From: Heterodontus francisci
Taxonomy: Eukaryota
Reading direction: 5' to 3'
DNA: 64,000 bases
Assembly (NCBI RefSeq): GCF_036365525.1
Contig: NC_090411.1
Coordinates: forward strand, 21,405,259 to 21,469,258
A program made the position numbers and the translations under genes. Below, piece by piece: positions 50,201 to 61,430 of this stretch. Under the pieces are notes generated by a model that was not told the DNA's origin, made no database searches, and was given only the letters and a program-made list of their open reading frames with translations. Every line of letters starts with the position of its first letter. The stretch's first letter is position 1.

Positions 50201-53082
50201 CCCCACTGTAGAGGAGACTGCATTGTGAGCAGCGAATATAGTATACTGAATTGAAAGAAGTACAAGTAAATCGCTGCTTCACCTGAAAGGAGTGTTTGGG
50301 GCCTTGGATAGTGAGGAGAGAGCAGGTAAAGGGGCAGGTATTACACCTCCTGCGATTGCATGCGAAGGTGCCGTGGGAAGGGGACGAGGTGTCGGGCGCA
50401 ATGGAGGAGTGGACCAGGGTGTCGTGGAGGGAACAATTCCTTCGGAATGCTGACAGGGGAGGGGAGGGGAAGATGCGTTTGGTAGTGGCATCACGCTGGA
50501 CATGACGGAATTGGAGAGGATGATCCTTTGGATGTGGAGGCTGATGGGGTGGAAAGTGAAGACAAGGGGACCCTGTCGCAGTTTTGGGAGGGAGGGGAAG
50601 GGGTGAGGGTAGCAGTGTGGGAAATGGGCCAGACACGGTTGAGGGCCCTGTCAACCACAGAGGACTTCAAGAATACAGCTTCAGCCGGAGGACTACTGGA
50701 TCACCCATGTGGAACCAGTAGAAGCAGACAGAACTTAGTTGAGACTGCAGGGCCAGTTACACAACAATTGTTGAAACCATGGGGTTGGATAAAAAGGGGG
50801 CTGCATGCAGATGGCCTAGAGAAATTGCAGACAGTCCGTGAAAAACAGGATGAAACAGGATGAGATTAGCCACAGTGCTAGCAGACTCAATGTCCTTGCA
50901 CAAACCAAATAAGGAGTTGCTATGGACATGAGATGTGATTAGACCTACAGTTAGACAATGAGGCAATATAAGAAATGCGAGTGCTGACAAGGCTCTTACT
51001 GAACCAAATAACGAATTGTCATTATGCAAGACCCCTATGAGTAAGTAAGAGGGGTGGGTCTTGAAAACAAGATTTAACCCCTGACTGAAACTTGGGACAC
51101 CACAAGAACCCAGGACTAACACTTGCAATAAGCACCCTGAGTCTGGGACACAGAGAACAAAGGGCAGATGCAAGTCCAAGACTATTCACCACGTGTTTTG
51201 ATGGGTAGTATACTGTGCAAGTTGTGAGTGCTTGTACTTGATGATTTACTGTGTGAATAAAACATTTGAGATACCTTTCACCAGTCTGCTGTTGTGAATT
51301 CTTTGGAATAAGAACTGAATAGACAAAACAGAACAACACCCACTTCACAGACTGTGTATTTAAGTCCATTTATTCTGGACTTTAATCCAACCACCATATC
51401 TATTTTTCTCTCTGTCATCTACTTGTGTGTGTGTGATTCCCGTGTGAATGTGTGCATGAATGTGCAGCATATTTTTTAGTATTTTTAAATCGGGGTTAGA
51501 GTGTTAAGTATAATAAACTTACCTATTTCTTGTTTAAACTCAAGAAAACCTGTCCAATTGATTCTTTCACAATCATAGTAAAGGAAAAAGGTAAAACACT
51601 GACAAAGGTGGTAAGCACAACCACTGTTTAAAAGGAAAGAACCTTGTTGTGGTCAAACAAGAGGAAGGGCAAGAGGGGAGCTTGAGACCCCCTCCTCACC
51701 TGACTGTAACAAGTTGCTCTGAACATGGGTAGCTCCCAGCAGTAATCACTACAGTGAGCCTACTGATTTCCCCCAGCACCAGCCCTCCCCCAGACCCACC
51801 CTATTGATTGAGAACTGAAATTGTTGCTTTGACACTTCCGCAGAAGAAAAGGGGGAAAGGAAATAGGTTCAAATTGAGAGCCTAACCAGGCACTCTTCCT
51901 ACCATCTGGTAATTGATGAAGGCTTGGGACAGATTGTTTATTGACAGCTTGGATAAGGGTAGTTGTATTGCAACTATTAAACAAAATGTAGAAAACCTTA
52001 AGCCCATTTCTAAACTCTTGCATAAAACAGAGAAAACCTCCGTACCCACTTGTCCCTTCTCCAGTTAGAACAGCAAAGTTTAGGAATGAGGGGATAGAGA
52101 AAGTAAAACTTTACCTGATACTTGCAATGTGACCACAATCGATAGAACCACAGTGTACCCCAATATTGGCTGTTTCATCTGAATTATGCAAGTATAGTCA
52201 GCATCATCACTCACTTGGAGGTCAGACAGGAGGAGGGAAAAGTTGCCTTGTTTAAATTCTTCTGTAAAAAGTTTTGCTCTGTTGCCATAACTCTGGTTAG
52301 TTTGTTCTTGCCCTGAGTAAAAGGCATGGACGAAGTGGTCAGCCGTCTGCCAGTACACACGAATCTCATCATCAGCACGTTTTCCCACATCGCTATTCAC
52401 ACAAGACAGGAGGGCACTTTCCCCTACAATTCCTGAGACAGCAAGAGTGGACAGAGGAACTGGGGAACAAAAATAAAGAATATGTGATCGTGCTGTTTGC
52501 AGATAATCTGAGACCTGGAAATGGAATAAACAGTGAGGAGGATTGTAACAGGTTAATAGAGAATTCTAGTAGCAATCCCTGGGAATCCTTGCTGTATACC
52601 TTCCTTTACTACGAAAAATAACAATTTACCAGTTCTCTCTGTTTCATGTCACTCAGCCAACTTTGTATCCATGCCTTTTATTCCATGGGCTTCAACTTTG
52701 CTGGCAAGCCTGTTGTGTGGCACTTTATCAAACGCCTTTTGGAAGTCCATGTACATCACATCAACTGCATTACCCTCATCAACCGTCTCTGTTGCCTCAT
52801 TAAAAACTGAATCAGTTAAACATGTTTTGCCTTTAACAAATCCGTGCTGGGTTTCCTTAATTGATCCACATATATCCAAGTGACTGTTAATTTTGTCCTG
52901 GATTATCGTTTCTAAAATCTGTCAAAAAGATTAAAGTGAATCACACCCATTGATCATCCACGAAATATAGGCAATACGAAGGACCTTAGAGTCAGTCGCT
53001 GAGAAATGGACATTTATATTTACCTGTTCCCCAACACAAAAGCAATCCGCATTCAAACAGCCCAGGCACCAGTCTGGCTCCC
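35204..53082 (-). CDS. ICOSLG: B7-family ICOS-ligand-like gene span (leader-V-V-C-TM-cyt); first coding exon unresolved
   Basis: Six phase-compatible exons, listed below. ICOSL-like signatures: VYWQ, LGYTVVLSIVVTLQVSAHYTEPV (cf. LGFQEVLSVEVTLHVAANFSVPV), C-terminal LKLTD, phase-2 split leader. CD80/CD86 orthology is not excluded. Confidence 0.55.
35525..35864. mobile_element. hAT-like MITE
   Basis: Perfect 12-bp TIR TAAAGGCCTGCT, subterminal acccga repeats, degenerate 8-bp TSD ccttcctt / ctttcctg. Confidence 0.75.
36120..37940. mobile_element. Mosaic of CR1, SINE and L2-like fragments
   Basis: ORF 37317-37535 (TRGHKY..FTQRVAGMWN) and other LINE remnants. Confidence 0.65.
38031..38380 (+). 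mobile_element. HE1-type SINE
   Basis: Near-identical to the 15463 copy; (taaa)n tail. Confidence 0.9.
38485..38900 (+). mobile_element. tRNA-derived SINE (related copies at 36220-36430 and 45770-46175, - strand)
   Basis: A and B boxes (tagtggtaa, ggttcaaatccc); shared 3' half. Confidence 0.7.
38972..42877 (-). mobile_element. Tx1-clade LINE: ORF1 end plus frameshifted ORF2 (endonuclease, RT, zinc finger)
   Basis: INVRS..FLQEC, SDFNC, SRIDF, SNHC; NWRPISLLNVDYKILSK, DQEKAFD, GVRQGSP, YMDD; CPRGGCGGEETVAHLLLEC; poly(A); 12-bp TSD GTCCAGCAGGAC (38960-38971, 42878-42889). Confidence 0.93.
43454..43588 (-). CDS. B7/ICOSL-like transmembrane exon
   Basis: Acceptor ttttatatttggacag; LPKVNPVSELRHKWVTPVVLVALIIVVSLAIYVFLKYFPRSLLT; donor gtaagt; phase 1/1. 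Confidence 0.88.
44738..45037 (-). CDS. B7/ICOSL-like IgC exon
   Basis: AHYTEPVL..LICSSWGGYPEPTVHW..NVTSIL..ITCSIYN; 300 nt, phase 1/1, ag/gtaagt. Confidence 0.92.
46230..46600 (+). mobile_element. Deu-domain SINE
   Basis: cagtgcagtactgaggcagtgctgcact..gtgccatctttcagatga core. Confidence 0.7.
46731..47090 (-). mobile_element. HE1-type SINE inside a CR1 fragment
   Basis: Reverse complement of the 15463 copy; (attag)n tail. Confidence 0.9.
47872..48216 (-). CDS. B7/ICOSL-like IgV exon, copy 2
   Basis: GESALLSC..RVYWQ..YGNRAKLF..GNFSLLLSDLQVSDDADYTC..VTLQVS; 345 nt, phase 1/1. Confidence 0.9.
48250..49110 (+). mobile_element. CR1 RT fragment
   Basis: QHGFVKGKSCLTNL..YMDFQKAFDKVPH. Confidence 0.85.
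49534..50659 (-). mobile_element. Penelope-like element 3' part (GIY-YIG endonuclease)
   Basis: GTFACNRRRCNTC..FTCTSFNSVYYIRCSQCSLLYSGETKR; 14-bp TSD GAGGACTTCAAGAA (49520-49533, 50660-50673). Confidence 0.9.
50708..51338 (+). mobile_element. Solo LTR (Gypsy-like)
   Basis: TG..CA termini, 4-bp TSD CCCA, internal TATA-like element and AATAAA. Confidence 0.8.
52115..52459 (-). CDS. B7/ICOSL-like IgV exon, copy 1
   Basis: Identical to 47872-48216 except one synonymous change; splice sites intact. Confidence 0.9.
52563..52918 (-). mobile_element. CR1 fragment, inverted paralog of about 48574-48946
   Basis: QHGFVKGKTCLTD..YMDFQKAFDKVPH; shares unusual variants with the 48.6 kb copy. Confidence 0.85.
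53024..53082 (-). CDS. B7/ICOSL-like signal-peptide exon
   Basis: Acceptor ttttactttgtcctag; GARLVPGLFECGLLLCWGT; phase 2 in and 1 out; donor gtaaat. Confidence 0.7.
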
Positions 53083-53739
53083 CTAGGACAAAGTAAAATT
53101 AATTGTTATTGCAGCTTTTGAGATGTTATTGGCAATGCATCTGTGACAAAAATAAGGCATTTTTTCCCGAAATTTGCAGCTGCAATGGTTTTGTCACCTT
53201 ACATAAGGACCTTGAATTTCCTTGGGCCTTTTATTGTCGTATCTTCATTGGAAGTGTAGCAAATATTCCGTTTACACACATAAACGGGGTTTGAACTGCA
53301 CTTCCAAGGAAGTTACAATGACATAGCAACAGAAAGCCCAAGGAAATTCAGGCACAAGGGTCAAAAATTAACCACGAACAGAAGTCACACCCCAGTTTAA
53401 CTTGATTTTTTTCTGCAAAAATTAGGTGGCTTGACAGTGACAGAGGGCCAAGCCACTCAATTCAACTAGAAACATCTTTTAGGATTTGTTCAAATATATG
53501 TGTGATTGGCAGCTGGGTCCTGGTCAATTTTGTGTCTTACTTACCAATTGTCTTTTTCACTTGTTCTTTTACAGTCTTTCGTAGCAAGACAGTCAGACCA
53601 GATAGCTTTGATAGGTGGTGTGAGACGAAAATGAACAGTGACATTACAATGTTACTGAAATCGTTCTGCAGCACAGAAACTAAAAACCTGTTTTCTACAA
53701 TGTGGAATGGGCAAAGCTTAACAATGGCTACGAAATATA

Positions 53740-54510
53740 ATATAAAATATACAGAAAATGCTGAAAATACTCAGCAGGTCATACAGCATCTGTGGAAAAA
53801 GAAACAGTTAACTTTTCAGGTTGATGACATTTCATCAGACGCTGAGAGGATGTTTACCCCTCGTGGGGAAAACCTAGAACTAGGGGGCACAGTTTAAAAA
53901 TAAGGGGTCACCCATCTAAGACGGAGATGAGGAGGAATTTCTTCTCTGACAGTTGTTAATCTTTGGAATTCTCTAACCCAGAGAGCAGTGGAGGCTGGAT
54001 CATTGAATATATTCAAGGATGAATTCGACAGATTTTTGATCTACAAGGGAGTCAAGGGTTATGGGGGGCAGGCAGGAAAGTGGATGTAAGGCCACAATCA
54101 GATCAGCCACGATCTTATTGAATGGAGGAGCAGGCTCGAAGGGCCAAATGGCCAACTCCTGCTCCTATTTTTTATGATCTTATTTAGAAATGGAAGAAGA
54201 TCGCACATCTTCTGGAGATCTTTCTCCCACCTCCAGCCTCACAGTGGCCTCCCCTCCCTCCCCAAATCTTGCACAGCCTGCATCTATCTCCTTCCCAGGA
54301 TCCACAAACAGGACTGTCCGTGTAGACCCACCGTTTCAGCCTATTTCTGCCCCACAGAATTTACTTGTTGCACCATCATCCCTTTTGACGTTTATTCACT
54401 CCTGCACTCTACTCAACACAGACCGTCCCTTTTGTTCTTTACCTATCCCCACCTCCTCGCTTTTCCCTGGTTCCTTACTTGTTTGAAAGCTATTCATCTC
54501 TAACGTCTTC
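53740..54510. mobile_element. CR1 3' end and Penelope fragments
   Basis: CR1 tail at 53845-54185; YLLPRIHKQDCPCRP (Penelope RT-like). Confidence 0.7.
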
Positions 54511-54549
54511 CAGTTTGGCATTAGAATTTGTGACATCGTGAACACAATG

Positions 54550-57500
54550 AGAAGATTTCTTCTGAGATCTATTTTTAATTTCCTCTTGATTGTAGGAAAG
54601 TAAAGGGTAGTGGGGTTGAGGGATATTGTGAACAGTGAGTTTGGAGGTGGTGGAGGTGGGAGCAGAGTTACCTTGACAACTCTGGTAAGGTGACTGAACT
54701 TCTTTCATCATTGCAGCCATTTCTTCTGAGCTCAGCTCCTCATAATGAGCTCTTCTGCAGCTCATCCTCACTGGCGGCAGACGTGGGAACAGAATCTCCC
54801 TCATTCTGTCCACCACCTGGACCAGGGCCTCCAAAGTTGCACTGGAGAAACCAGCTGCCCCTTGTGGACCTCTTGCTGCCAATTTGAAGGTTTCAATGTT
54901 TCCCTGCTGTCCGCAGCCACAGAGCATCATGTTTTTAAGAAATGTGGGCTGACTTTTAAGTGATGTCAGAGATGCCTTATTTTCCACCTCCCCCAAACTG
55001 GTTGGCAGCCAATAAGAAGCATGCACTGGCTACATGCTTAACATATGATAATGAGCTGATAGCTCCAATTTCACATAGTTGCTGTGCCCATGTGAACAGA
55101 TTGGTGCAGTGGATACTCTGCCCTCTGCCCTTCTATTTTTGGGTGTGATCAGATTTCTAGGACATAAACTCTGAGCTACTCGATACTCTAGCGATACTGT
55201 TAACTTCTCAGCTATCTAGGGATTTAATCTTAAAATACACTCACCAATTGTAATAATCACAGAGGCTAATTTCAACTATAATTTATTAGCAACTGTATTG
55301 TTGAATGACGATGATACACATTCTTTACCTTTACAACATCTCTTATCATTTACAACCACTGGGTGACCTTGACTCAGTCTATTCTTATTTATTGAGTGCT
55401 CCTATGTCGAAAGTTGAACTTTTAAGTTGCAATCCTCTAGTCAATGGAGAGTTGTCAGAAAGAATTCATTCATACCTTATGGGTATCAGACTTAGTTGAC
55501 TCAAATATATCCAAACTGTTAATTGTAAAATGATTTGGTTCAGCATCACTCACTCCTAGACCTTAAAACTAAGCTCAAGTTAATGATCCAGATGTCGAGC
55601 CAGTGCTACTGATTGGCTGCATGCCTATTGTGGAGAATTGGGCATCTACGAAGCACTGAAATGCAGCCAATATCCTTTAAAGTATTCTGGCTGTGACCCC
55701 GTAGGAAGACCTTGTTTTGAAAATGCCTGAAGGAGAGAGTGAGTGGACACCAAGGTTCTCCGATGGAAGCCTTAGTGCAGGCAGTGGGAAGAGGAAGGTC
55801 ATCCTCTCACCTCCCCAGGGGGCAGGAACCCCTCTAGGCATCTTTTTTTTACTGCAAGTGTGAAGAAATCGCAGAGTATGCCAGGAGCATTGCACCAAAG
55901 ACATAAGTGGAATGCCATAAAAATTTAAATGATCTAACTAGACCGGGAGCAGTGGCCACTGCTGGGACTGCACCAGCAGAGAGGATGTCATCGATGGATG
56001 CCCTCCTCACTACCAGTAAATGGGGTCTGGAGTCGGCAGGGCCAGTCAGGCAGGCTGCGGCAAAAGTGGTGGGGAGTGGGTCTGATGAGGTAGGCAAGGG
56101 TGGGGAATGGGTTTGATGAGGGCAGGCAGAGAAGGGGGGGTGTTGGTTGCTGTGGGGTCAGCCATTGCTGCCAAGGGGCCCCACTGAGTACCCAATTAGG
56201 AGGGCCCATCGTCCCCGAGCCCGCAGGGAGGCTGCCAGGGTTCATGGGGTGGAAGGCCATCCACTGCTGGTAAAATGCCAGTGGTGCCAGGAAGAGGCCC
56301 TTAATTGGCCACTTAAGTGGCTTGATTGCTCTACGTGCTGGAGGCCGTCCTCCACTTTCCCCATTGCTGGTAAACTGCCACGGCGACAGGAAGGCGCCCC
56401 CCCCCCCACCCCCCGCCATCTAACACCTTCCTCCCCCATCATTTTACGGGTCCCCTGCCTCCCAGCCCATCCTAGAGGGCTGGTAAAAATCCAGACTCTG
56501 GATCCTGGATTGGCCCAGCACTTCATTCGCCATGCGCTGAACTCGCACAGCACAGAGTGGCCCCCTCGCCAGCACTATTTAAAGGGATCACGCAGTACTT
56601 TCAGGTCAGCTGGTTTACCATTTCGGGCTGCTGCTTAATTTCTGGCCATTTCCTAGGTGTGTAACACTGGAAAATTCTCTTTGTCCATACAGAGAAAGAT
56701 TTTGCTCGTCTTCCACTGTTTCTGCTCTTCTCAGAAACAGTCTGGCTGCAGACATGAGTGGTCTCAAAGGGCTGCTTTCAGGAGGAGGGGGATCAGCAAA
56801 GAAGCCACCACAGAGCAGAAGCAGCTGCCCGAGAGAGAGGAGGAGGAGGAGGGTACTCCACAGGATGCCACACTCACAGAGAGTATTCAAGGAGCATCTC
56901 TCCGATATCAGTGTTACTGAGGGCCAATGCATGAGGCTCCTGTAATTCACTGAGCAGGACGTCACCAAACTCCATTTCCTGCTGCAGTCATAACTCCAGC
57001 CTCAAACCAGGGCGTGAACAGCACTAAACCAAAAACACAATAAAAAATAAAAACAGAAAATGCTGGAAATACTCAGTAGGTCAAGCAGCGTCTGTAGAGA
57101 GAGAAACAGAGTGTAACAGGCCGGATTTCCAAAGGGTCACAGGGTTGGGACCCAGCGCGGACGCGATTTGAAAACTGGTGTCCTGGAGGTCATCTCCGGG
57201 ACCGTCCAAAATTTACAATGTGAGGGTGGTGGGAGGGGAGGGAACAGGGAACCTGCTCACTTCTAATTAAGGGCCCACTAAGCCCTTAAAGGATCTTGTT
57301 AAGGGGCTGGGGGGGGTGGGGGGGAAGAGGGCAGGGGGGTGGGGGTTGGAGGGAGTGGGGAAGAGCGGGGAGGAGGCGGAGGGGCCGGGGGCAGGGGGAA
57401 GGGGAGGGGAGGGGGTTGTGTGTCCACACTGCACGCGGTCAGGACCTGGGAATCATCTGGGCGTCGGGTTCCCGACCCTGTTTTGAACATTCAGAAAAAC

Positions 57501-59660
57501 ATTTCCGGTCAATAACCATTGATCAGAACTAGCAACAGTTTTTACGCAATTACAGAGTCAGGGAAAGGAGGGAGGGGAGGGAGGGGAGGAAAGAACAAAA
57601 GAGAAGGTCTGCAATAGGGTGGAAGGCTGGAGAGATTAAATAACAAAAGGGATGATGGTGCAAGGCAAAAGGGGCTGGTAATTGGACAAGTAAAGAACAA
57701 AAGATGGGTCTAGAAGAGATGTAAATGGTAATGACAGCTCCATGACCAGTAACTACCATCCAAATAAAGAGGAGTATTGGTTACAGTCTGAAATTGTTTA
57801 AGTCACCATTGAGTCCAGAAAGTTGAAAAGTGCTGAATCTAAAGATGAGACGTTGTTCCTTGAGCTTCATTGGAACAGTGGAGGAGGCCGAGGACAGAGA
57901 GATCAGAGTGGAATGGAAAATTAAAATGGAAAGCAACTGGTAGCTCAGGGCAATGCTTGCCAACTGAAAGGAGATGTTTAGCCAAACAATCGCCCAATCT
58001 GACTTTGGTCTCCCCAGTGTAGAGGACACCACAAAATGAACGGCAAGTACAGGATAATAAATTGAAAGACGTACAAGTAAATCACTGTTTCAGCCTGAAG
58101 GAGTGTCTGGGCCCTGGATGGTGGGAAAGGAGGAGGTGAAAAAGCAGGTGGTGCATCTCCTGTGCTTGCATGGGAAGGTGCCGTGGGAAGGGAAGCAGTT
58201 GAGCAGTTGTTGGGGGTGACTGAAGAATGGACCAGAGTGTTGCACAGGGAATGGTCCCTTCAGAATGGCTGAACGGGGAGGGGAAGTTATGTTTGGTGAT
58301 GGCATTGCATGGGAGGTGGCAGAAACTCCAACTCTAACCTCTCTGTCCTCAGCTTCCTACACTGTTCCAATGAAGCTCAAGGAACAGCACCTCATCTTTT
58401 GATTAGGCACTTTATAACCTTCCAGACTTGGTATTGAGATCAACGATTTCAGATCATAACCACTGCTCCCATTGTTCTGGTAATGGTTCACCTCCTTTAG
58501 ACCCATCTTTTGTTTCTGTACTTGCCCCATTACCACCCCTATATGACTTTCAGCATCCTCTTTTGTCATTTAATCACTTCTGCCTGCCACCCTACCACAG
58601 ACCTTCCCTTTTGTTCTTTCCGACAACCATTCCCCCACCCCATCCCTTTCTCTGCCTTTGTACTAGCTTAAAACCTGTTACATTTCTAATGGAAAGTCAT
58701 CAAGCTGAAACGTTAACACTGTTTTTCTCTCCACAGATGCTGCCTAATCAGCCGAGTGTTTTGAGCATTTTCTGTTTTTATATCCTGGCCCGCAACTGCC
58801 TTTGGCTGTCAAAGAACTCATGAGGCAGGATTTTCCCCTCCACCTTCAGGACCCTGCCTCATGGTCAAGTGGAGGTCAGAAAGTGTGGGCAAAGTCACCT
58901 GGCTGTTGATTTTCCCCGAATTGGCCAATTAGCGGCTGCAATTAATGACAGTAGGCAGGCTCTCAAAGCTCAATAGGAAGCCTCCAGTACTGAAGAAGCA
59001 GCAGGTTGCCTTTTCAGGGAAGTGCGAGAGAAGGTTCCCCCAAGATGGAGACGCACTCTCTCCAACCTTTTTCAACGTTAATATAAAAAATGGCCTAAGC
59101 AGCTGTGCCACCACTGTAACGGGGAAACCCCCGGCAGCAGCTGAGTCCAGGCAGACAGGGAGGGGGACTCTCAGCCTGCTTGGAGCCATGGATCCCCGAT
59201 GTGCCACCGGGGGGCTGCCTTCAGGCAGTTACACTGTTTTCCTATACCACCAGGAACCTGGAGGCCGACTAGAAAATTCGAGTTGGCCTCTGACAATCGA
59301 CTTTGATAGTCCATTAACGAGGTCAATTGGCTACCTGCCGCTCGCAGACAGTGAGCACTGCCACTCCTCCATCCCCCCATACCACCTTTGGGAAAATGGT
59401 TCAGGGATGGGATGCAGCCGGCAAACTGGCACGCCAACCAGCATCCACCAGCCCTCATTAGGGCCTAAAAATTTGGCCCAAGGCCTTTTAGTTTTTATGC
59501 CACGGGCTCCTTTCAAGCTGCAGCAGATAACATCAACAACATCTCAGAGTTCACAGTGCACAGCTGTCTTAGGGAGGTCATCGAGTCTCTCTGAACCAGG
59601 AGGAACACTTGAATCATTCCTCATGGACAGAGCAAAGAAGCACGAGAGAGGGCTCTCAGC
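54550..59660. mobile_element. Decayed Harbinger complex: Myb remnants (54560-54900 -, 55720-55945 +) and transposase remnants (56750-57025, 59480-59660 +), split by MITEs and Penelope
   Basis: FSSATLEALV; ECHKNLNDLTR; RVFKEHLSDISVTEGQCMRL; FYATGSFQAAA..ISEFTVHSCLREV. Confidence 0.75.
57030..58785. mobile_element. Penelope-like element with an inverted 3' arm
   Basis: HGTFPCKHRRCTTC and LKEQRLIFR on the - strand; homologous arm on the + strand at 58330-58785. Confidence 0.75.
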
Positions 59661-60109
59661 CTCGCATTAGGCCTCTCAAGAGTGCCACACAGACTGCACA
59701 CATGCTGCTTTCCATGCTTGCTTTCACGAGTCTGGCATCTTTATCATTTAAAAGGGATTTCACTCCCTCAAAGTACAGTGGTTTGTAACCACAGGTCTGT
59801 GCCTGCTAACTTGGCAGCATTCACAACTCTTTTATCCTGCGCCAGTCTTCTGTGTCAACATTATTCCAACTGGGCCAAGAAACACAAGGCATACACCCTC
59901 TGGCCATGATAGCTCCTGTGTGACAGGATTTCTATGCCATAGAGAGAACGGCAAAGACGGGGCAGAACAGTGATGGAAAAAAACTTTACAGCAGCAAATG
60001 GTAACTAAATAAGCGCTGCAAATTTAAAAGTTAGAATAAACATAATTTTTAATCTTCTACACTCTGCTTCTACCTGTTGGAGAGACAGTGACTAACGATG
60101 CGGGAAGAG

Positions 60110-60350
60110 ATCAAAGGAAGCCCTTAGTATGCTGAGGAGCTGGATACGTCTCGGGCTGTATGCACCAGAGAATGTTTGGCATGTAATGCAAAGGTACATT
60201 GTAAATATAATCTATAATGGTAAGTGCACCTCATGTACTCTATTGAAAGAAACTGATCAGTATTGCACTTTGCTTAATGTCAAATTTGAACTGTTAATGT
60301 AATTTACTTTTACAAATTTTGTGAATAAAGTATATTTTGGGGAAAAAAAG
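60110..60350 (+). mobile_element. Tx1 3' UTR fragment
   Basis: tgaataaagtatattttgg plus an A-run matches the tail of the 38972 element. Confidence 0.6.
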
Positions 60351-60964
60351 TAAATGGTTGTCTCGATTTATTTGATAGCACTCCTGAGAAGCAACTTGGG
60401 ACACTCTAATACATTAAAGGTGCTATTTAAATGCACACTGTTGTTGTATTTCCCAGCATGTTTTGCTATTTCCTCCTACACCTCTACTCACCACCCACCC
60501 CCTCTAAGTTATACCTTCCCCGATAAATCCTGGAAGGAGAAAAAAAAATCACAGGGATATAGGGAACAAATGGAGAAGTAGGACTAACTGGATTGCTTGA
60601 AAGAGCCAGCACAGACTTATATGAACATATGAATTAGGAGCAGCAGTAGGCCATTCAGCCTTTCGAGCCTGCTCCGCCATTCATTAAGTTCCTGGCTGAA
60701 CTAATTACTCCACGTTTCCTCCTACCCCTGATAACCTTCCACCCCCTTGCTTATCAAGAATCTATCTACCTCTGCCTTAAAAATATTCAAAGACTCTGCT
60801 TCCACCGCCTTTTGAGGAAGAGAATTCCAAAGACTCACGACCCTCTGAGAGAAAAAATGTCCTTCTCTGCTGTACTATACTATGAAAAATGCCAGTTCTA
60901 ATAATAAAATTCTTGTCATCAATATTCTAAACAAAGAATGGAATATTTCTTTTCATTAAATGGA

Positions 60965-61180
60965 TTACGGGAATTCCCCCACTTAAAAATATTTTCTCAG
61001 TGGGAACACAAAAAGCCATTAATTACAGGGGGTTTTCAAATGGTCACTAGAAATGAAAAGAAAATTAGTTCCTTATCCCAATGTTCCTTTTCTCCCTTCC
61101 CACAGCTCTACCTACTCACTTCAGAATTCCCCCACCTTCCTAAAGTGCACTCACATTAACAGCAGTGCTGGGGTTTTTCT
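60965..61180. promoter_or_regulatory. Cluster of NF-kB-like sites, including a perfect GGGAATTCCC at 60969-60978
   Basis: Further near-matches at about 61027, 61123 and 61170, in unique sequence upstream of the B7 gene. Confidence 0.4.
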
Positions 61181-61430
61181 GCAGTGCTTAGAGCTTTTCG
61201 AGTAGGGTGTGATCCTGGTGTTGGCAGCATGCCACTTCTGAAGCGCAGAGTCAGAGGCTCCCTTGACACAGCAATTGTTAGGCATGGAATTTGCTCTCCA
61301 CAGACAGACTCACACCAACTGTGGCTGCCTGGGGTCCAAATTCCTTTCAGTCACGTGAGATCTTTTTAAAAAAAGGAATGCAGCATGCACTTAATGTATG
61401 AATGGTGTAAAACTGAGCCAGACACACCAG

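Larger units (their letters stand above)
49120..51711 (+). mobile_element. LTR-like repeat hosting two nested insertions
   Basis: Ends ..tcacctgactgtaaca; an uninterrupted related piece lies inverted at about 45340-45480. Confidence 0.55.

Noticed and set aside
47872-52459. Two separate B7 paralogous genes
   Set aside because: No leader, C or TM exon was found between the V copies; the interval is TE-derived.
58945-59670. 241-aa ORF
   Set aside because: It runs through a MITE and an out-of-frame transposase remnant; no coherent protein.
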